From IMG/VR virus record IMGVR_UViG_3300027811_000006, positions 1 through 50,897 of that record: DNA of 50,897 bases. One strand, given 5' to 3'. The translations under genes and the position numbers were made by a program. The notes below the pieces were generated by a model. The model saw only the letters and a program-made list of their open reading frames with translations, did no database searches and was not told the DNA's origin. The stretch comes from a virus (lineage: Duplodnaviria; Caudoviricetes). This document shows, in pieces, positions 8,995 to 18,746 of the stretch (within the stretch, counting starts at the first letter, position 1; every line of letters begins with the position of its first letter).

Positions 8995-10521
8995 TTAAGC
9001 ATCCAAACGAGCTATCCTAATTGTCTTAGCTTCAGTCCCGTGCATAAAAGCGGACCATTCCATATTTGCAATGACATCATCATTTCGACCTCCAGCAACT
9101 CGCTGTCCACTGGTGAATCGTATTGCAGGAAGATCGACGACGTATCCGTTACCTGAACCATCCTTAAGTGCGATTGCCAACGAAGACTGATCGTGGTTCA
9201 GGTATTTATCCATCAACGTATGAGTTGTGAAATAAACTTGCAAAGTTCCGGTGATAGCAATAGATCCTACGCCTACGCTTGAAGGTCCAAGAGTCCCCGC
9301 TTCCAATCTTGCTCTTAGACTATTTACAAGAGCCAACGTAAAGTTGATAATAGACAAATTAGCATTTCCTTCGAACATATTATCAAAATCGTTTACCGTT
9401 GCCAAGGGAATAGATGTCGTTGCTGGATCATATCCAGAACCACCAGAAGAAGCTAAAGACTGCTCTCTTGTACCAATAAACTCGAATGATCCCGTAATAA
9501 GCCCATCTACCGGAACATTCAAATTCAAATTGTTGACAGCCATTCCCGAATAAAGATTAAGAATGTTTGTCAAATCTAAATATGTCTTTTCTAAATTGAA
9601 CGTCGTCAACACAACTCCATTCGTTATAGAAGGACACTGCTTTATCGTTACTGACGGTGTCGCAGCTTCATCAATAATTCCTGCTCCGTTCTTCACGATA
9701 ATTTTAGATGTGGTAGCCGAAACAATTTTGAACCATCCATTATTCGCTGCGGTAGCAAATCCACTTACATAGATCCATTGATTTGCTACAAAGCCGGTAA
9801 ATCCAGCTCCGGAATCGTTGAACGAATCATCTGCAGCAACAGCCGAAATAGTTATCGCAGTTTTAGTTACTGTCGCAGTCCAACCCAGACCTCCCAATAA
9901 AGTAGCAGCACTGAAAATGTTTGTCACGGCTGTAAATGTTTCCGTTGATACTATTGCGTTTCCATCAAGACCTGCTTTAATCGCAGTAAGAATCGCATCA
10001 TCAGAAACAAATGCCCCGATACGAACACTCGGATGTGGAGAAGTTGTTCCAGCGTAATAATTTGTTCCAGCTACTCCGGTTCCATTTATGGTTGCGATAA
10101 GATTCACTTGAGATGCTGCAAGATCTACCCCAATGGCGATATCATTTATCGCAGCCATTGTAGTCATAAATCTGTAAGTAACTCCACCGATAGTTATCGT
10201 ATCTGCAGTCGTTGTTGGTTTGGTATCTAGAGTCAATGTTACCAGAGCACGATCATTCGCAGATTGTAATGCAGCGGCAAGAAGGTCATCATAAGACAAA
10301 TGACTCATTTCAAAATTAAATCCACCTGATGCACCGATTGTTGTCCTGACGATATTTGCAATTTGTCTATCATCTCGAATTTCCTCACTTGGAATAATAG
10401 ACGAATCCTGTTTCAAGGACTCTCCAGTGAGTCTTAATGTTTGCAGTTTAACTCCTGAAACTTGAGTTCCATAAACTGCTTCTTTAACGAAAGCTAATCT
10501 AATTCTGTTTGTATCAGACAT
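8995..10521 (-). CDS. major tail tube protein with inserted Thr/Ala-rich accessory domain(s)
   Basis: N-terminal KEAVYG...LRLTGESL...SEEIRDDRQ and C-terminal ITGTLQVYF...DGSGNGYVVDLP tube motifs; 508 aa because of an internal insertion. Confidence 0.85.
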   Translation of the reverse strand: MSDTNRIRLAFVKEAVYGTQVSGVKLQTLRLTGESLKQDSSIIPSEEIRDDRQIANIVRTTIGASGGFNFEMSHLSYDDLLAAALQSANDRALVTLTLDTKPTTTADTITIGGVTYRFMTTMAAINDIAIGVDLAASQVNLIATINGTGVAGTNYYAGTTSPHPSVRIGAFVSDDAILTAIKAGLDGNAIVSTETFTAVTNIFSAATLLGGLGWTATVTKTAITISAVAADDSFNDSGAGFTGFVANQWIYVSGFATAANNGWFKIVSATTSKIIVKNGAGIIDEAATPSVTIKQCPSITNGVVLTTFNLEKTYLDLTNILNLYSGMAVNNLNLNVPVDGLITGSFEFIGTREQSLASSGGSGYDPATTSIPLATVNDFDNMFEGNANLSIINFTLALVNSLRARLEAGTLGPSSVGVGSIAITGTLQVYFTTHTLMDKYLNHDQSSLAIALKDGSGNGYVVDLPAIRFTSGQRVAGGRNDDVIANMEWSAFMHGTEAKTIRIARLDA

Positions 10522-10533
10522 AATCTTTTCCTT

Positions 10534-10929
10534 TCAATTTTCATCCGCATAAAACGGACATATTACATTTACATTCCAATTGTCACCAATACGACCCACG
10601 TTTTCAATTCTTGGAGTTCTAAACTTTATATATCCTCCTAATGTCAAACTCTTAAATGCTTCCGCCAAAACATCTGCTTTCTTTAAGCATTCTCCAATTC
10701 CAACTCCAATAGGTCCTTTGACTATCATTGTTAAAATTCCTGGATGCCTATAAAGTGGAATTCCAAGTTCTACTTGATCTGACGATCCGTATGCCAAAGA
10801 AACATAACACCAATAATCAACGGTCGGGGTGTCTTGTGGATCGTTATCATAACGAGCGACATAACTATTAGCATCCATAACATTATCAACTTTTGTTGTG
10901 ATCAGATTTGTTATAGCTTCGAAGCCCAA
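10534..10929 (-). CDS. tail terminator protein
   Basis: Immediately before the tail tube gene; motifs YRHPGIL...P.GVG...AD.LAEAF and NVICPFYAD. Confidence 0.7.
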   Translation of the reverse strand: MGFEAITNLITTKVDNVMDANSYVARYDNDPQDTPTVDYWCYVSLAYGSSDQVELGIPLYRHPGILTMIVKGPIGVGIGECLKKADVLAEAFKSLTLGGYIKFRTPRIENVGRIGDNWNVNVICPFYADEN

Positions 10930-11321
10930 TCTTTCATCTCCACAAGAGTTATCTCAACCATTCCTTCAGGAGATTGAGAACTTCGCTTGTCATATTCCAA
11001 ATTATAAACATATGGAACATTATTCGTAATATGCACAATCGAGAATGGAGAAATTCCTATCAACTTTCCAGTTTCTCGAGACATCGCTGCACTTATCATT
11101 TCTCCGGCTCCACCTTCTATTTCAATAACTCCATCTGCCGAGCGATTTATTTCGATCTGCCAATTACCACGAGCACGACCCGTATCTACAGGAGTTCTTA
11201 ATACGATCCTTCGAAATACTTCAAGAGAGACCATAATAATAAACTTTGAGACATCTGTTTCTACCATCTTCTTAGCAACCCGACTAATTTCAGCATTAAA
11301 TTGTGTTAAGTTCGTTGCCAA
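10911..11321 (-). CDS. HK97 gp10-like neck/tail-completion protein
   Basis: TPVDTGRARGNWQ, ITNNVPYVYNLEY and SSQSPEGMV motifs. Confidence 0.85.
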   Translation of the reverse strand: MATNLTQFNAEISRVAKKMVETDVSKFIIMVSLEVFRRIVLRTPVDTGRARGNWQIEINRSADGVIEIEGGAGEMISAAMSRETGKLIGISPFSIVHITNNVPYVYNLEYDKRSSQSPEGMVEITLVEMKDWASKL

Positions 11322-11515
11322 TGAAGTCCTCTATGCCTTGACATAAATCCAGAAAAAATTCTTTGAGGTTTTCGATTTAGATTTTGAGATCTTAAAAATT
11401 CAGATTTCGCAAACCAATATAATACACAAGTTCCTCGTACTCTTGCTCCCATACTCTTATATAACTTCATCAAACATTCTTTTATGTAATAATTCCTCTC
11501 AGAAATTGATCTCAT
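11306..11515 (-). CDS. hypothetical protein
   Basis: Fills the gap between neck genes with overlapping start/stop; no recognisable motif. Confidence 0.4.
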   Translation of the reverse strand: MRSISERNYYIKECLMKLYKSMGARVRGTCVLYWFAKSEFLRSQNLNRKPQRIFSGFMSRHRGLHWQRT

Positions 11516-11859
11516 TTCTCAATCTCCAATTGATAATAAATAATTCCTGCGGATGTACTCACCGGAGTCATCCCTACAATACTCCAATCTGCTCCATTGA
11601 TAGTAAGTTTCATTCCTACCTTTGGAGTAGCAGCACTCGCCGAAATACCAGAAAGACCTCTTCCCGATGATATCAAATCTGGTTTCGTATATCCTTCCCT
11701 ATTTTGATAAGGAGGAACTGCTCTTACAGAAATTTGTGACATTGTTCCTAAAGTAGTTTTATTCGTATCTGGATCAAATACTGCAGAAGGATAACTCTTC
11801 AGTATTGCGATCACCCCAAATTTCACAAGCATCTCTTGAATCTTTATTGCAGTTATCAC
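11512..11859 (-). CDS. head closure / head-tail joining protein
   Basis: Position after the adaptor gene; C-terminal PKVGMKLTING.DWSIV...YYQLEI. Confidence 0.65.
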   Translation of the reverse strand: MITAIKIQEMLVKFGVIAILKSYPSAVFDPDTNKTTLGTMSQISVRAVPPYQNREGYTKPDLISSGRGLSGISASAATPKVGMKLTINGADWSIVGMTPVSTSAGIIYYQLEIEK

Positions 11860-12455
11860 GCTCTTTCAAGCTCCATAATACCAGATCCAGCAGCAGTACA
11901 AAATTCTTTGACTAATTTATCTGCAATCGTATATCCTTTCTCTGGAGTTTCACCTCCAACATACTCTATTGACTCTGTAATTGGACCGACCGTGTTACTA
12001 AATCTTTTAACTGCTGATTCATCTTGTTGTGTTGAAATCAACATATCGCCATTAATCACTTGTAAAGCTAAGAAAGCACAGGCATTTTTTATTTGTTGAG
12101 GGATAATGTTTGAATCTATTGCGAAACCATTCTTATCTACTACATATCGTTTCGGCCATTCTAAAGCCTGAGTATCGCTGTACTTTATAAATTTCCAAAT
12201 ATAGTTAAGATCTATGTATTGAGTAGCTTGCCGAATAGCATCTTCTTTATCTTCTTGAAGAGCCATAGTCCAAGCAATAGGATGTCCATAGTTTAGATGA
12301 TACTGATCTGCTTCGGCTTCAGTACAATAAGCATTTGCATTTGATAACCCTGTACCAGTTTCTACTACGAACGTTGCTATAATTCCATCCAGAATTACTT
12401 CTATGGAAAGATTTCCTATAGGAACAGCTATTGCCTGAATAATTCCGGTCAGCAT
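11856..12455 (-). CDS. head-tail adaptor (DnaT-like family)
   Basis: VVETGTGLSNANAYCT.AEAD.YH, A.RQAT.YID, QALEWP, IPQQIK.AC.LAL, TVGPI...Y. Confidence 0.85.
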   Translation of the reverse strand: MLTGIIQAIAVPIGNLSIEVILDGIIATFVVETGTGLSNANAYCTEAEADQYHLNYGHPIAWTMALQEDKEDAIRQATQYIDLNYIWKFIKYSDTQALEWPKRYVVDKNGFAIDSNIIPQQIKNACAFLALQVINGDMLISTQQDESAVKRFSNTVGPITESIEYVGGETPEKGYTIADKLVKEFCTAAGSGIMELERA

Positions 12456-12473
12456 AATATAATTCCTTAATAG

Positions 12474-12519
12474 AGAGCCGAGACTGTTCTTCCAGAGAGA
12501 AAGAGACAGTCCCGACTCT
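12474..12519 (-). other. intergenic 14-bp RNA hairpin with G-U pairs
   Basis: AGAGUCGGGACUGU pairs with ACAGUCUCGGCUCU; the mismatches are G-U pairs only on the minus strand. Confidence 0.6.
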
Positions 12520-12526
12520 TCCTTAC

Positions 12527-12676
12527 CTATTTAACTTCTTTTATTGTTTCGATTTTTATTGGAGGACCACCTCCAGTAGCCTTCCAACCTTGAGCCACAT
12601 ATTTTGCGACATCTTCAACATTGACTCGCATTTTATGCTTGTCCTTTTCCATTGCGACTGTCGGTACTATTGACAT
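12527..12676 (-). CDS. small hypothetical protein (49 aa; likely start MSIVPTV)
   Basis: GGAGG RBS at 12684-12688 before ATG at 12674-12676. Confidence 0.6.
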   Translation of the reverse strand: MSIVPTVAMEKDKHKMRVNVEDVAKYVAQGWKATGGGPPIKIETIKEVK

Positions 12677-12694
12677 AGAATAACCTCCAAATTT

Positions 12695-12727
12695 GTCCGG
12701 AGCAGAATTTGTCACTCTGCTCCGGAC
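12695..12727 (-). terminator. 12-bp perfect hairpin downstream of major capsid gene (terminator or stability/processing stem)
   Basis: GTCCGGAGCAGA-N9-TCTGCTCCGGAC; lacks a good U-tract. Confidence 0.5.
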
Positions 12728-12739
12728 TTCCACAAACCA

Positions 12740-13936
12740 CTACCCCAATATTCTCATTGCCATCTCTGGTCTGACAAGTTCAGCTCCCCAGAGAATATCG
12801 AACTCCCAGGCAACTTGCTTATGCTGACGGCTGACCTCCAATCTCAGGACGAGACCTGTCTGGGCGTCTTGCATACTCAGAATCTTACTGCCGAGTTCCA
12901 GATCAACTGTCGCTTGAACCAGCGGACGAGTTGCGAATGCAAATGCATCCCGGTGGAAGACAAGATTGACGACGTGCGACAAAGCGATAGTGCAAGCCTC
13001 TGTACCCACAGGATCGAATCGAAGACCCGGATAGATAGAAATAGTTACCGTCTGGGCTCCGGTAGACCCTGCTAAAGTATAGGGACCGGCTCCGATGACG
13101 ACATACTTCTGCGTATCACCGGCGATCGTAAGAATGTCACCCTGCAAAATTGTCTTAGCATCATCGCTGGCACTATTTGACGTAAGGATAATCGACGTAG
13201 CTCCAAGAGCAGCATTGTTGATTACCAATGTCCCGACAAGCGTCTTACAAGTTCCAGACGTATGAGTTGGAACATCGTCATCTGCGAACCAATCAATGCC
13301 AAACTTTTTGCCGATTTCACCTTCTATCTTTACATCCGCTGACATTATCTTCTCAGCATCGCTGAACTGAGCTAAAGACAACGCCATCGCTTCAGCATCC
13401 CAATCCAAGACTGCACGACGAGAATCTTTGGGACAAACCTGCCTATTCAAAACTTTCCGTGCATCCGTCGCCGACAAAACTGTGACACCAGAACCAAATG
13501 GAGTCACTCCCCCAGTTCCACAAGCTCCAAAGACACCACGAGTCAAACCTTTGTATTTAGCAAAGATGGATTGATTCACATCTCTTGCTAAAGCTCGAAC
13601 AGCTTCTGCGAGTTGCATCGGCAAGAAGTGAGCATTGCGATCTATGTCACAGAGTTCTTTATCTGTGAGATAAATTGGTTGATTCTGCTTCCAGTTGCTC
13701 AACGACACTTGAACCGTTGATGTCACCGTAGCGACCCCTGCAATTGGAACCTGAGCTGGAGCAACGTTAGTCGTCGTAACTGCTGTTGGAATGGGAACAT
13801 CAATCGTCGTTCCTTTTTGTGCAGCCTCTGTGCTGTAGTCTCCATTGACCAAACGAGGCATAATACATCTTTCTCTTAATGTCATCAATCCCCGAGCGAG
13901 AATCTTTGGCATTATCGCTGTTAGTGTGTTCGACAT
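12740..13936 (-). CDS. major capsid protein (P22 gp5-like coat family)
   Basis: MSNTL...GTTIDVPIP, G.IG.KFGIDW and NLVFHRDAFAFATRPL...FDILWG.ELVRPE; follows the scaffold gene. Confidence 0.9.
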   Translation of the reverse strand: MSNTLTAIMPKILARGLMTLRERCIMPRLVNGDYSTEAAQKGTTIDVPIPTAVTTTNVAPAQVPIAGVATVTSTVQVSLSNWKQNQPIYLTDKELCDIDRNAHFLPMQLAEAVRALARDVNQSIFAKYKGLTRGVFGACGTGGVTPFGSGVTVLSATDARKVLNRQVCPKDSRRAVLDWDAEAMALSLAQFSDAEKIMSADVKIEGEIGKKFGIDWFADDDVPTHTSGTCKTLVGTLVINNAALGATSIILTSNSASDDAKTILQGDILTIAGDTQKYVVIGAGPYTLAGSTGAQTVTISIYPGLRFDPVGTEACTIALSHVVNLVFHRDAFAFATRPLVQATVDLELGSKILSMQDAQTGLVLRLEVSRQHKQVAWEFDILWGAELVRPEMAMRILG

Positions 13937-14009
13937 AACTTCTTTTCCTTAATCAGAGATTAATATTGTCTCTGAACGTCCCGTCCAGTCGAGCATCCCG
14001 CTCTTGCAG

Positions 14010-14795
14010 CTACATATTGATTTTTGTTTTCCCAGAAGCTACATCTTCGAGATTTGAAACTCGAATATGTCCACCTGCTGCTGTGATGATACCTCCGCCC
14101 TGTGCTGATTGCGTCCCGCGATCAGCACCAGCAGATCCACTTCCTGAGGATTGTACTCCGTCAAATGCGGAAGCGAAAGTTTTCTGGGTTTTCATTTCTT
14201 GAACTCTCTGCAAAATAGACATTGGATTTCCGGCAGCGTCACCTACTCTTGGAGAACCGTCTTCTCCGATGACTTCTGGGTAGAACTTACCATCTGCACC
14301 TTCTTTCATCTTGACACTTGTCTTAACGTGAGGTAGTAGTAATTCTACGTTTCCTTTTTCTTTTTGCAGAGCTTCAATAATTTTGGAAGTCACGACAGCT
14401 TCGTGTAACTGACTGGTCATAGTTTCCAACTTGCCAGTGAGTTCTTTCACTTTGACTTCGTGTTGTTTGAGTAGTTCTTTTTTATTAGCTTCTATTGCCT
14501 CCTTTACTTTTGTGTCCTTGTCCCAGTTCTTAATCTCTGACATCTTAGACAAGGCCTCTCGAGCAGCTTCTGCATCGATTCCTTCGAACGCATTTTTCGC
14601 TGCATCGAGTTCTGTTTTCAGTTTCCGTTCACTAGATCTCAAAGTCTCTACAGTCTTCTTCAATCCAGTCACATTCTCCAGAGATATCCCATCTACTGGA
14701 CCTACACTAAGATAGAATTTACCATCCTTCTCAGTATAGTGTTGTTTCTCAGCGTCTGACAATCCATCCAAATTTGTTCTAATAGCTTCAAGCAT
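14010..14795 (-). CDS. capsid scaffolding protein
   Basis: LDGLSDAEKQHYTEKDGKFYL.V...ENVTGLK, coiled coil, C-terminal SSGSGS; immediately before the MCP gene. Confidence 0.8.
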   Translation of the reverse strand: MLEAIRTNLDGLSDAEKQHYTEKDGKFYLSVGPVDGISLENVTGLKKTVETLRSSERKLKTELDAAKNAFEGIDAEAAREALSKMSEIKNWDKDTKVKEAIEANKKELLKQHEVKVKELTGKLETMTSQLHEAVVTSKIIEALQKEKGNVELLLPHVKTSVKMKEGADGKFYPEVIGEDGSPRVGDAAGNPMSILQRVQEMKTQKTFASAFDGVQSSGSGSAGADRGTQSAQGGGIITAAGGHIRVSNLEDVASGKTKINM

Positions 14796-14848
14796 TTTTC
14801 TTAGTCTCCAAAAGTTTTACGCTTCCTTGTTCATTTTTAACATATTTA

Positions 14849-15826
14849 TCAATCAATTCTTTTTAACTTGTCTAAACTTATCGGTGAATAATCACTCTCA
14901 ACAAATCCTCTCAACGGAGTCCCTGCCTTATACATTTCAAATCTCGTTGATCCAAGAACTTTTAACTGAACAGTCTGCGTTTGTTTCTTAAACCAATCTG
15001 CATAAGTAGTCTTTTCAGGAACTGCTCCATTCATACTAGCTCTTGTCGCAGGAGGCGGAGCTTCAATTCTAAGCTCTCCCCATCCTACTACAACAGGAAT
15101 TGTAGTACTCCTACAATTAAAATGACCAGGAGGTATAGGACCATCGCCAACAGGAAAAACTTGTCCATCTAAATTGATACAATCTAAAGTCGTTCGATCA
15201 TCCAGAGTAGAAACCCATTGATACTTTGAAATCAAATCTAAATTTCGTTTATAAACCTCTTCCCGAGCATTATGAACAACAGAACTTACAGCAGTTCGTG
15301 CGATGTACTCCGCTTGCTTGCGTTTCAACGCTATAACCTGACGCATTCTTCGACCAATATCTGGTAAAGATTCTCCTATCGCTATTCCTACATTGATCTG
15401 CTTCATCATCTTAGATCTTGCAGCTCTAGAATAGCCATCTAACCAAGTCTGCAATTTATGACCATCCATTGATTTAGAAGTGACGATCTGTTTTAACACT
15501 TCTTGACTCGGCATAGACATTTCTATGTCTAATGGAACTGTCTTGCGAATAGTATTGGCAGTCCATTCTGCTTCATACGCTGATAAATCAATCAGTGCAT
15601 CAATTGTTCGTTCACCGGCTTTCACCATTCCTGCTTGCATTATTCGATCTATCGCTGCTGCTAATTGCTTTGATCGTAAGGATGTTTCAACTTTCTTTAT
15701 CACTTCTGGATACACTTCTGTTCCAAGAAACGCGGATATTCGTCGAGCTTCTGAGTTCTTAAACCGTTCTAGATAGACACTATGACGGATAAATCTATCT
15801 AACAATTTTTCATTCACTGTCGCCAT
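14849..15826 (-). CDS. minor head morphogenesis protein (SPP1 gp7 / Mu gpF family)
   Basis: IARTAV, YQWVSTLDDRTT..C..LDG and PPGHFNCRST. Confidence 0.92.
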   Translation of the reverse strand: MATVNEKLLDRFIRHSVYLERFKNSEARRISAFLGTEVYPEVIKKVETSLRSKQLAAAIDRIMQAGMVKAGERTIDALIDLSAYEAEWTANTIRKTVPLDIEMSMPSQEVLKQIVTSKSMDGHKLQTWLDGYSRAARSKMMKQINVGIAIGESLPDIGRRMRQVIALKRKQAEYIARTAVSSVVHNAREEVYKRNLDLISKYQWVSTLDDRTTLDCINLDGQVFPVGDGPIPPGHFNCRSTTIPVVVGWGELRIEAPPPATRASMNGAVPEKTTYADWFKKQTQTVQLKVLGSTRFEMYKAGTPLRGFVESDYSPISLDKLKRID

Positions 15827-17213
15827 CTATGAAATCTTCAATCTCTGTTTGTGCTTCATTGCTTAATCTGATCAGTTCTTCATCAACATCAACAGAATCT
15901 GCGAGAGCTCCACGGCGTTTGATTTCCCTAAGGAATGTCTCACGAGATAATTCACCAGCTTGCCTCGTTTTAAGAATGAAATCTTTATCACTATCTCCAA
16001 GCATCGCAGTTTCAAAGTCGCTGTAGATATCTACTGCCAAAGTTTCTGGAGTCTTAATTTTACGCCATTCACAAGCCATTTTTAAGGTATCTACTATCCC
16101 TCGTTCAGTACTACGAATCCAAGACTGTAATTGTGAAGATGTTCTATCAGAATCTATTCTCACAGATGTCGCCAATTTATTCGGCTGTTTTACCATCGGC
16201 AAATTGCCGAGAACTTCCATCTTCTGTTCAATATCTTCTATGTCCTTCTGTCCTAATTCAATAGATTTACCTGTATGCTCTACATACTTCATATCCGCAT
16301 TAGGATCATTTGCAAAGAAAGAACGTGTCGGTCCAATTTCAAGTTCTGTTTGTTCTGTCATTTCTTTTGGCATTCCCTTGCCAAAGAGAAGACCAAATCT
16401 AGACAGTCGAAGGATGTTCCGCTGATCACTGTAGCTCTGCCAGTGAATTATATTCATCCACGCCAAATCTTCCAGAGGTGGATCAGCGGTTAAAAAACCG
16501 GTCCTGTCGGCATACAAAGTAACCAGCGGAATCCTTCCAAAAGTATGCGTACCGTTTTCTATTTGATTCCATTCCTCTTTATCCTGTCGCCAAAGTTCCC
16601 AAGAAGAAGTATTCACTACTCTAACATAATGCTGTTCTACATCACCATATTCACCAAGAGATTCTATTCGCGATTCAAGCATCCTAATTTGAGTCAATTT
16701 AGCTTTCTTTGAATCAATTACTGTTTGCCATCCTATTAAAGATGAAGCAGGAACACAGATAAGTAAAACTCTTGCTCCATTTTTATCTTCATCAGCCTTC
16801 GTAGCTACTCCTCCATTCGCTATCACCTCTACCACGCTATGATCTACAAATATATGAACAACTCCATATAATATCAAATAATACAACACATCTTGAATAA
16901 AAGATTCAAGTGATGTTCCAGCAGAATCTACATCTTCCAATAAGTAGATTAATTCATATGGAAGATCTTTCACTGTCAAAGGATGCGAGAAAGGTTTATT
17001 GGTGAGCTTAATTAAAGTATCGCTGAAACCATTATAGAGTACAGAACGATTACGACGAGCATCGTATTTAGTTATGCTTTCTCCGGGTTCACGAGGAAGC
17101 CATTTCTCTCCAGCTTCTCGCATCGTTTTAGTTCCACCGAGTAAGTCTTGAAGCATATCCCATTTACGAGACATAACTTCATAACCTGTAGAAGGAATTG
17201 CTACTGAATTCAT
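15810..17213 (-). CDS. portal protein (DUF4055-type)
   Basis: LLGGT..MREAGEKWLP...E...Y..R..RSVLYN, RIPLV and PPLEDLAW.NI.HWQS.SDQRNIL. Confidence 0.9.
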   Translation of the reverse strand: MNSVAIPSTGYEVMSRKWDMLQDLLGGTKTMREAGEKWLPREPGESITKYDARRNRSVLYNGFSDTLIKLTNKPFSHPLTVKDLPYELIYLLEDVDSAGTSLESFIQDVLYYLILYGVVHIFVDHSVVEVIANGGVATKADEDKNGARVLLICVPASSLIGWQTVIDSKKAKLTQIRMLESRIESLGEYGDVEQHYVRVVNTSSWELWRQDKEEWNQIENGTHTFGRIPLVTLYADRTGFLTADPPLEDLAWMNIIHWQSYSDQRNILRLSRFGLLFGKGMPKEMTEQTELEIGPTRSFFANDPNADMKYVEHTGKSIELGQKDIEDIEQKMEVLGNLPMVKQPNKLATSVRIDSDRTSSQLQSWIRSTERGIVDTLKMACEWRKIKTPETLAVDIYSDFETAMLGDSDKDFILKTRQAGELSRETFLREIKRRGALADSVDVDEELIRLSNEAQTEIEDFIDGDSE

Positions 17214-17362
17214 TTATATCCTCTTGCGTAAGCAGCTCGGCCTTGTTTATCGGCTTTACTAATTGCTCGCTTCTTTCCTACTGAAGTTAAATAATAATAC
17301 TTCTTCTGATGACCCCACTGAACGAACTTCCCCTTGCTATCTTGTCCTATATGAGTAGGCAT
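17210..17362 (-). CDS. small basic phage protein (50 aa; not in the ORF track)
   Basis: MPTHIGQDSKGKFVQWGHQKKYYY...AISKADKQGRAAYARGYK; its stop overlaps the portal ATG (ATGA). Confidence 0.7.
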   Translation of the reverse strand: MPTHIGQDSKGKFVQWGHQKKYYYLTSVGKKRAISKADKQGRAAYARGYK

Positions 17363-17375
17363 AATATGATTCCAA

Positions 17376-17397
17376 ACTCCCAGCCGAAGCTGGGAGT
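17376..17397 (-). terminator. probable intrinsic terminator / UUCG hairpin
   Basis: ACTCCCAGC-TTCG-GCTGGGAGT followed by a short T run. Confidence 0.6.
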
Positions 17398-17407
17398 AAC
17401 AAGGAGG

Positions 17408-17896
17408 CTATCCCTTTGGAGGGAGCCCGCGAATACCACGAATAACATTTTCTAAGATCTTTACATCTATCCCCGCCGATTTTAATTCGATATCGATGAA
17501 AGATCCTAATTTCTTCCACTGTTCTGGTTGTTCTTTCTTTAGAAGTTCAATTGCTTCTACAAGAGATTCAGTAACAGTGTAACTGACTTCAGCTTCTCCT
17601 TGAGCCTCTAAGATTTTAGGTTTTAATTTCCGCCATATCTGAAGAGCTCCTAATACTCCTCCTCCAATAAGACCTGCAAGAGAACCAAGTATTGGAGCAA
17701 GTTGAACTAAAATTGATGCTCCACCTTCTGTTACAGCTTCAATCTTAGCTACAGCATTTGGATCTACCTTCATTCCAGACGATGTCGATACGCATCCGCA
17801 GCAAAATAGAAAAGCAATTACCAATAAATACTTCTTCATAATGAGTCTCCTAAAATAGGTTGCATCCAGTAAATACTGGAGGTTTGTTAGTTCCAT
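17408..17896 (-). CDS. putative lipoprotein/membrane protein (likely start MKKYLLV)
   Basis: MKKYLLVIAFLFCCGC is a lipoprotein-type signal; there is also an internal Gly-rich TM segment. Confidence 0.6.
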   Translation of the reverse strand: MELTNLQYLLDATYFRRLIMKKYLLVIAFLFCCGCVSTSSGMKVDPNAVAKIEAVTEGGASILVQLAPILGSLAGLIGGGVLGALQIWRKLKPKILEAQGEAEVSYTVTESLVEAIELLKKEQPEQWKKLGSFIDIELKSAGIDVKILENVIRGIRGLPPKG

Positions 17897-18293
17897 ATAC
17901 CATTATCAACAACGAGCCATAATCGTACATAATATCTCCACCTGGAGGTACGTCGTGAACAGATATACCAACGTAGTGAAGTCCGACCTCATTAGCTGTC
18001 CATTCTATTCTCGCCTCATTGAGATCTATCGGTTGAATAGTCATACTGAGAGGTCCCGCTTGTATCCCATAAACTAAGAAATCACCATCAGGATCACAAG
18101 CTCTGACTGGCAAAGAAATTTGTCCGCCTATGCGTGTCTTGACTACGCATATCAATTTATAATTGATTTTATTTGGATCATAGGGAAAATCAATCTTACT
18201 TGGATCAAGTATTGTTGTCGGCGGACATACTATATCATTATTATTTCCTAATACTAAAATCGAACAAAACAATAAAATCAATAATCTCTTCAC
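17850..18293 (-). CDS. secreted protein with putative Ig/cadherin-like domain
   Basis: Signal peptide MKRLLILLFCSILVLG; A.DPDGD.L.Y....GP..MTI......I.WT and NKPPVF cadherin-like motifs. Confidence 0.65.
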   Translation of the reverse strand: MKRLLILLFCSILVLGNNNDIVCPPTTILDPSKIDFPYDPNKINYKLICVVKTRIGGQISLPVRACDPDGDFLVYGIQAGPLSMTIQPIDLNEARIEWTANEVGLHYVGISVHDVPPGGDIMYDYGSLLIMVYGTNKPPVFTGCNLF

Positions 18294-18517
18294 AGTGAGC
18301 CTCCCGGAACATAGATGTTATTGTTTTGAATCAGCTTCGAGACACGTTGTCCCGCTACCTTTTTCATAGCATTAGCTTCTTCCTTCTTCACCTCTGCTAA
18401 TTTCAAAGCAGCAAGTTTCGCAGCAGTGAGTCTAGATTCATCTGCTTTAATAACTTCTGCCTCTGCTAAAGTTCTTGCATCCCAATCTGGTTGATTATCC
18501 ATTTTAATATCCTTCAT
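18290..18517 (-). CDS. hypothetical protein
   Basis: DARTLAEAEVIKADE.RL.AAK pattern; coupled overlaps with neighbours. Confidence 0.6.
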   Translation of the reverse strand: MKDIKMDNQPDWDARTLAEAEVIKADESRLTAAKLAALKLAEVKKEEANAMKKVAGQRVSKLIQNNNIYVPGGSL

Positions 18518-18746
18518 TGCTTATTGCATCACCCCATACAATATGAGGCTCCTCGATAATTTCTGTTGCTACTAATTGAAGCGGATCTAAGACTATTGAC
18601 TTTTTTACAAGAAAAGGTATCGCTTCAAATCCAGATATACTTACGATACCACCTCTATCAACAAGATTCTGTTCGGAGAGAATAGTTATCTGCTTTCCAC
18701 AACGCAAAGTGAAAATCAACTTCTTAAAATTTGTCAAATCTTGCAT
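18504..18746 (-). CDS. hypothetical protein
   Basis: ORF track; tight packing. Confidence 0.5.
   Translation of the reverse strand: MQDLTNFKKLIFTLRCGKQITILSEQNLVDRGGIVSISGFEAIPFLVKKSIVLDPLQLVATEIIEEPHIVWGDAISNEGY

Noticed and set aside
17408-18293. Host assignment to Planctomycetota from DPN motifs in exported proteins
   Set aside because: Only a few occurrences and an impressionistic pattern; not supportable without searches
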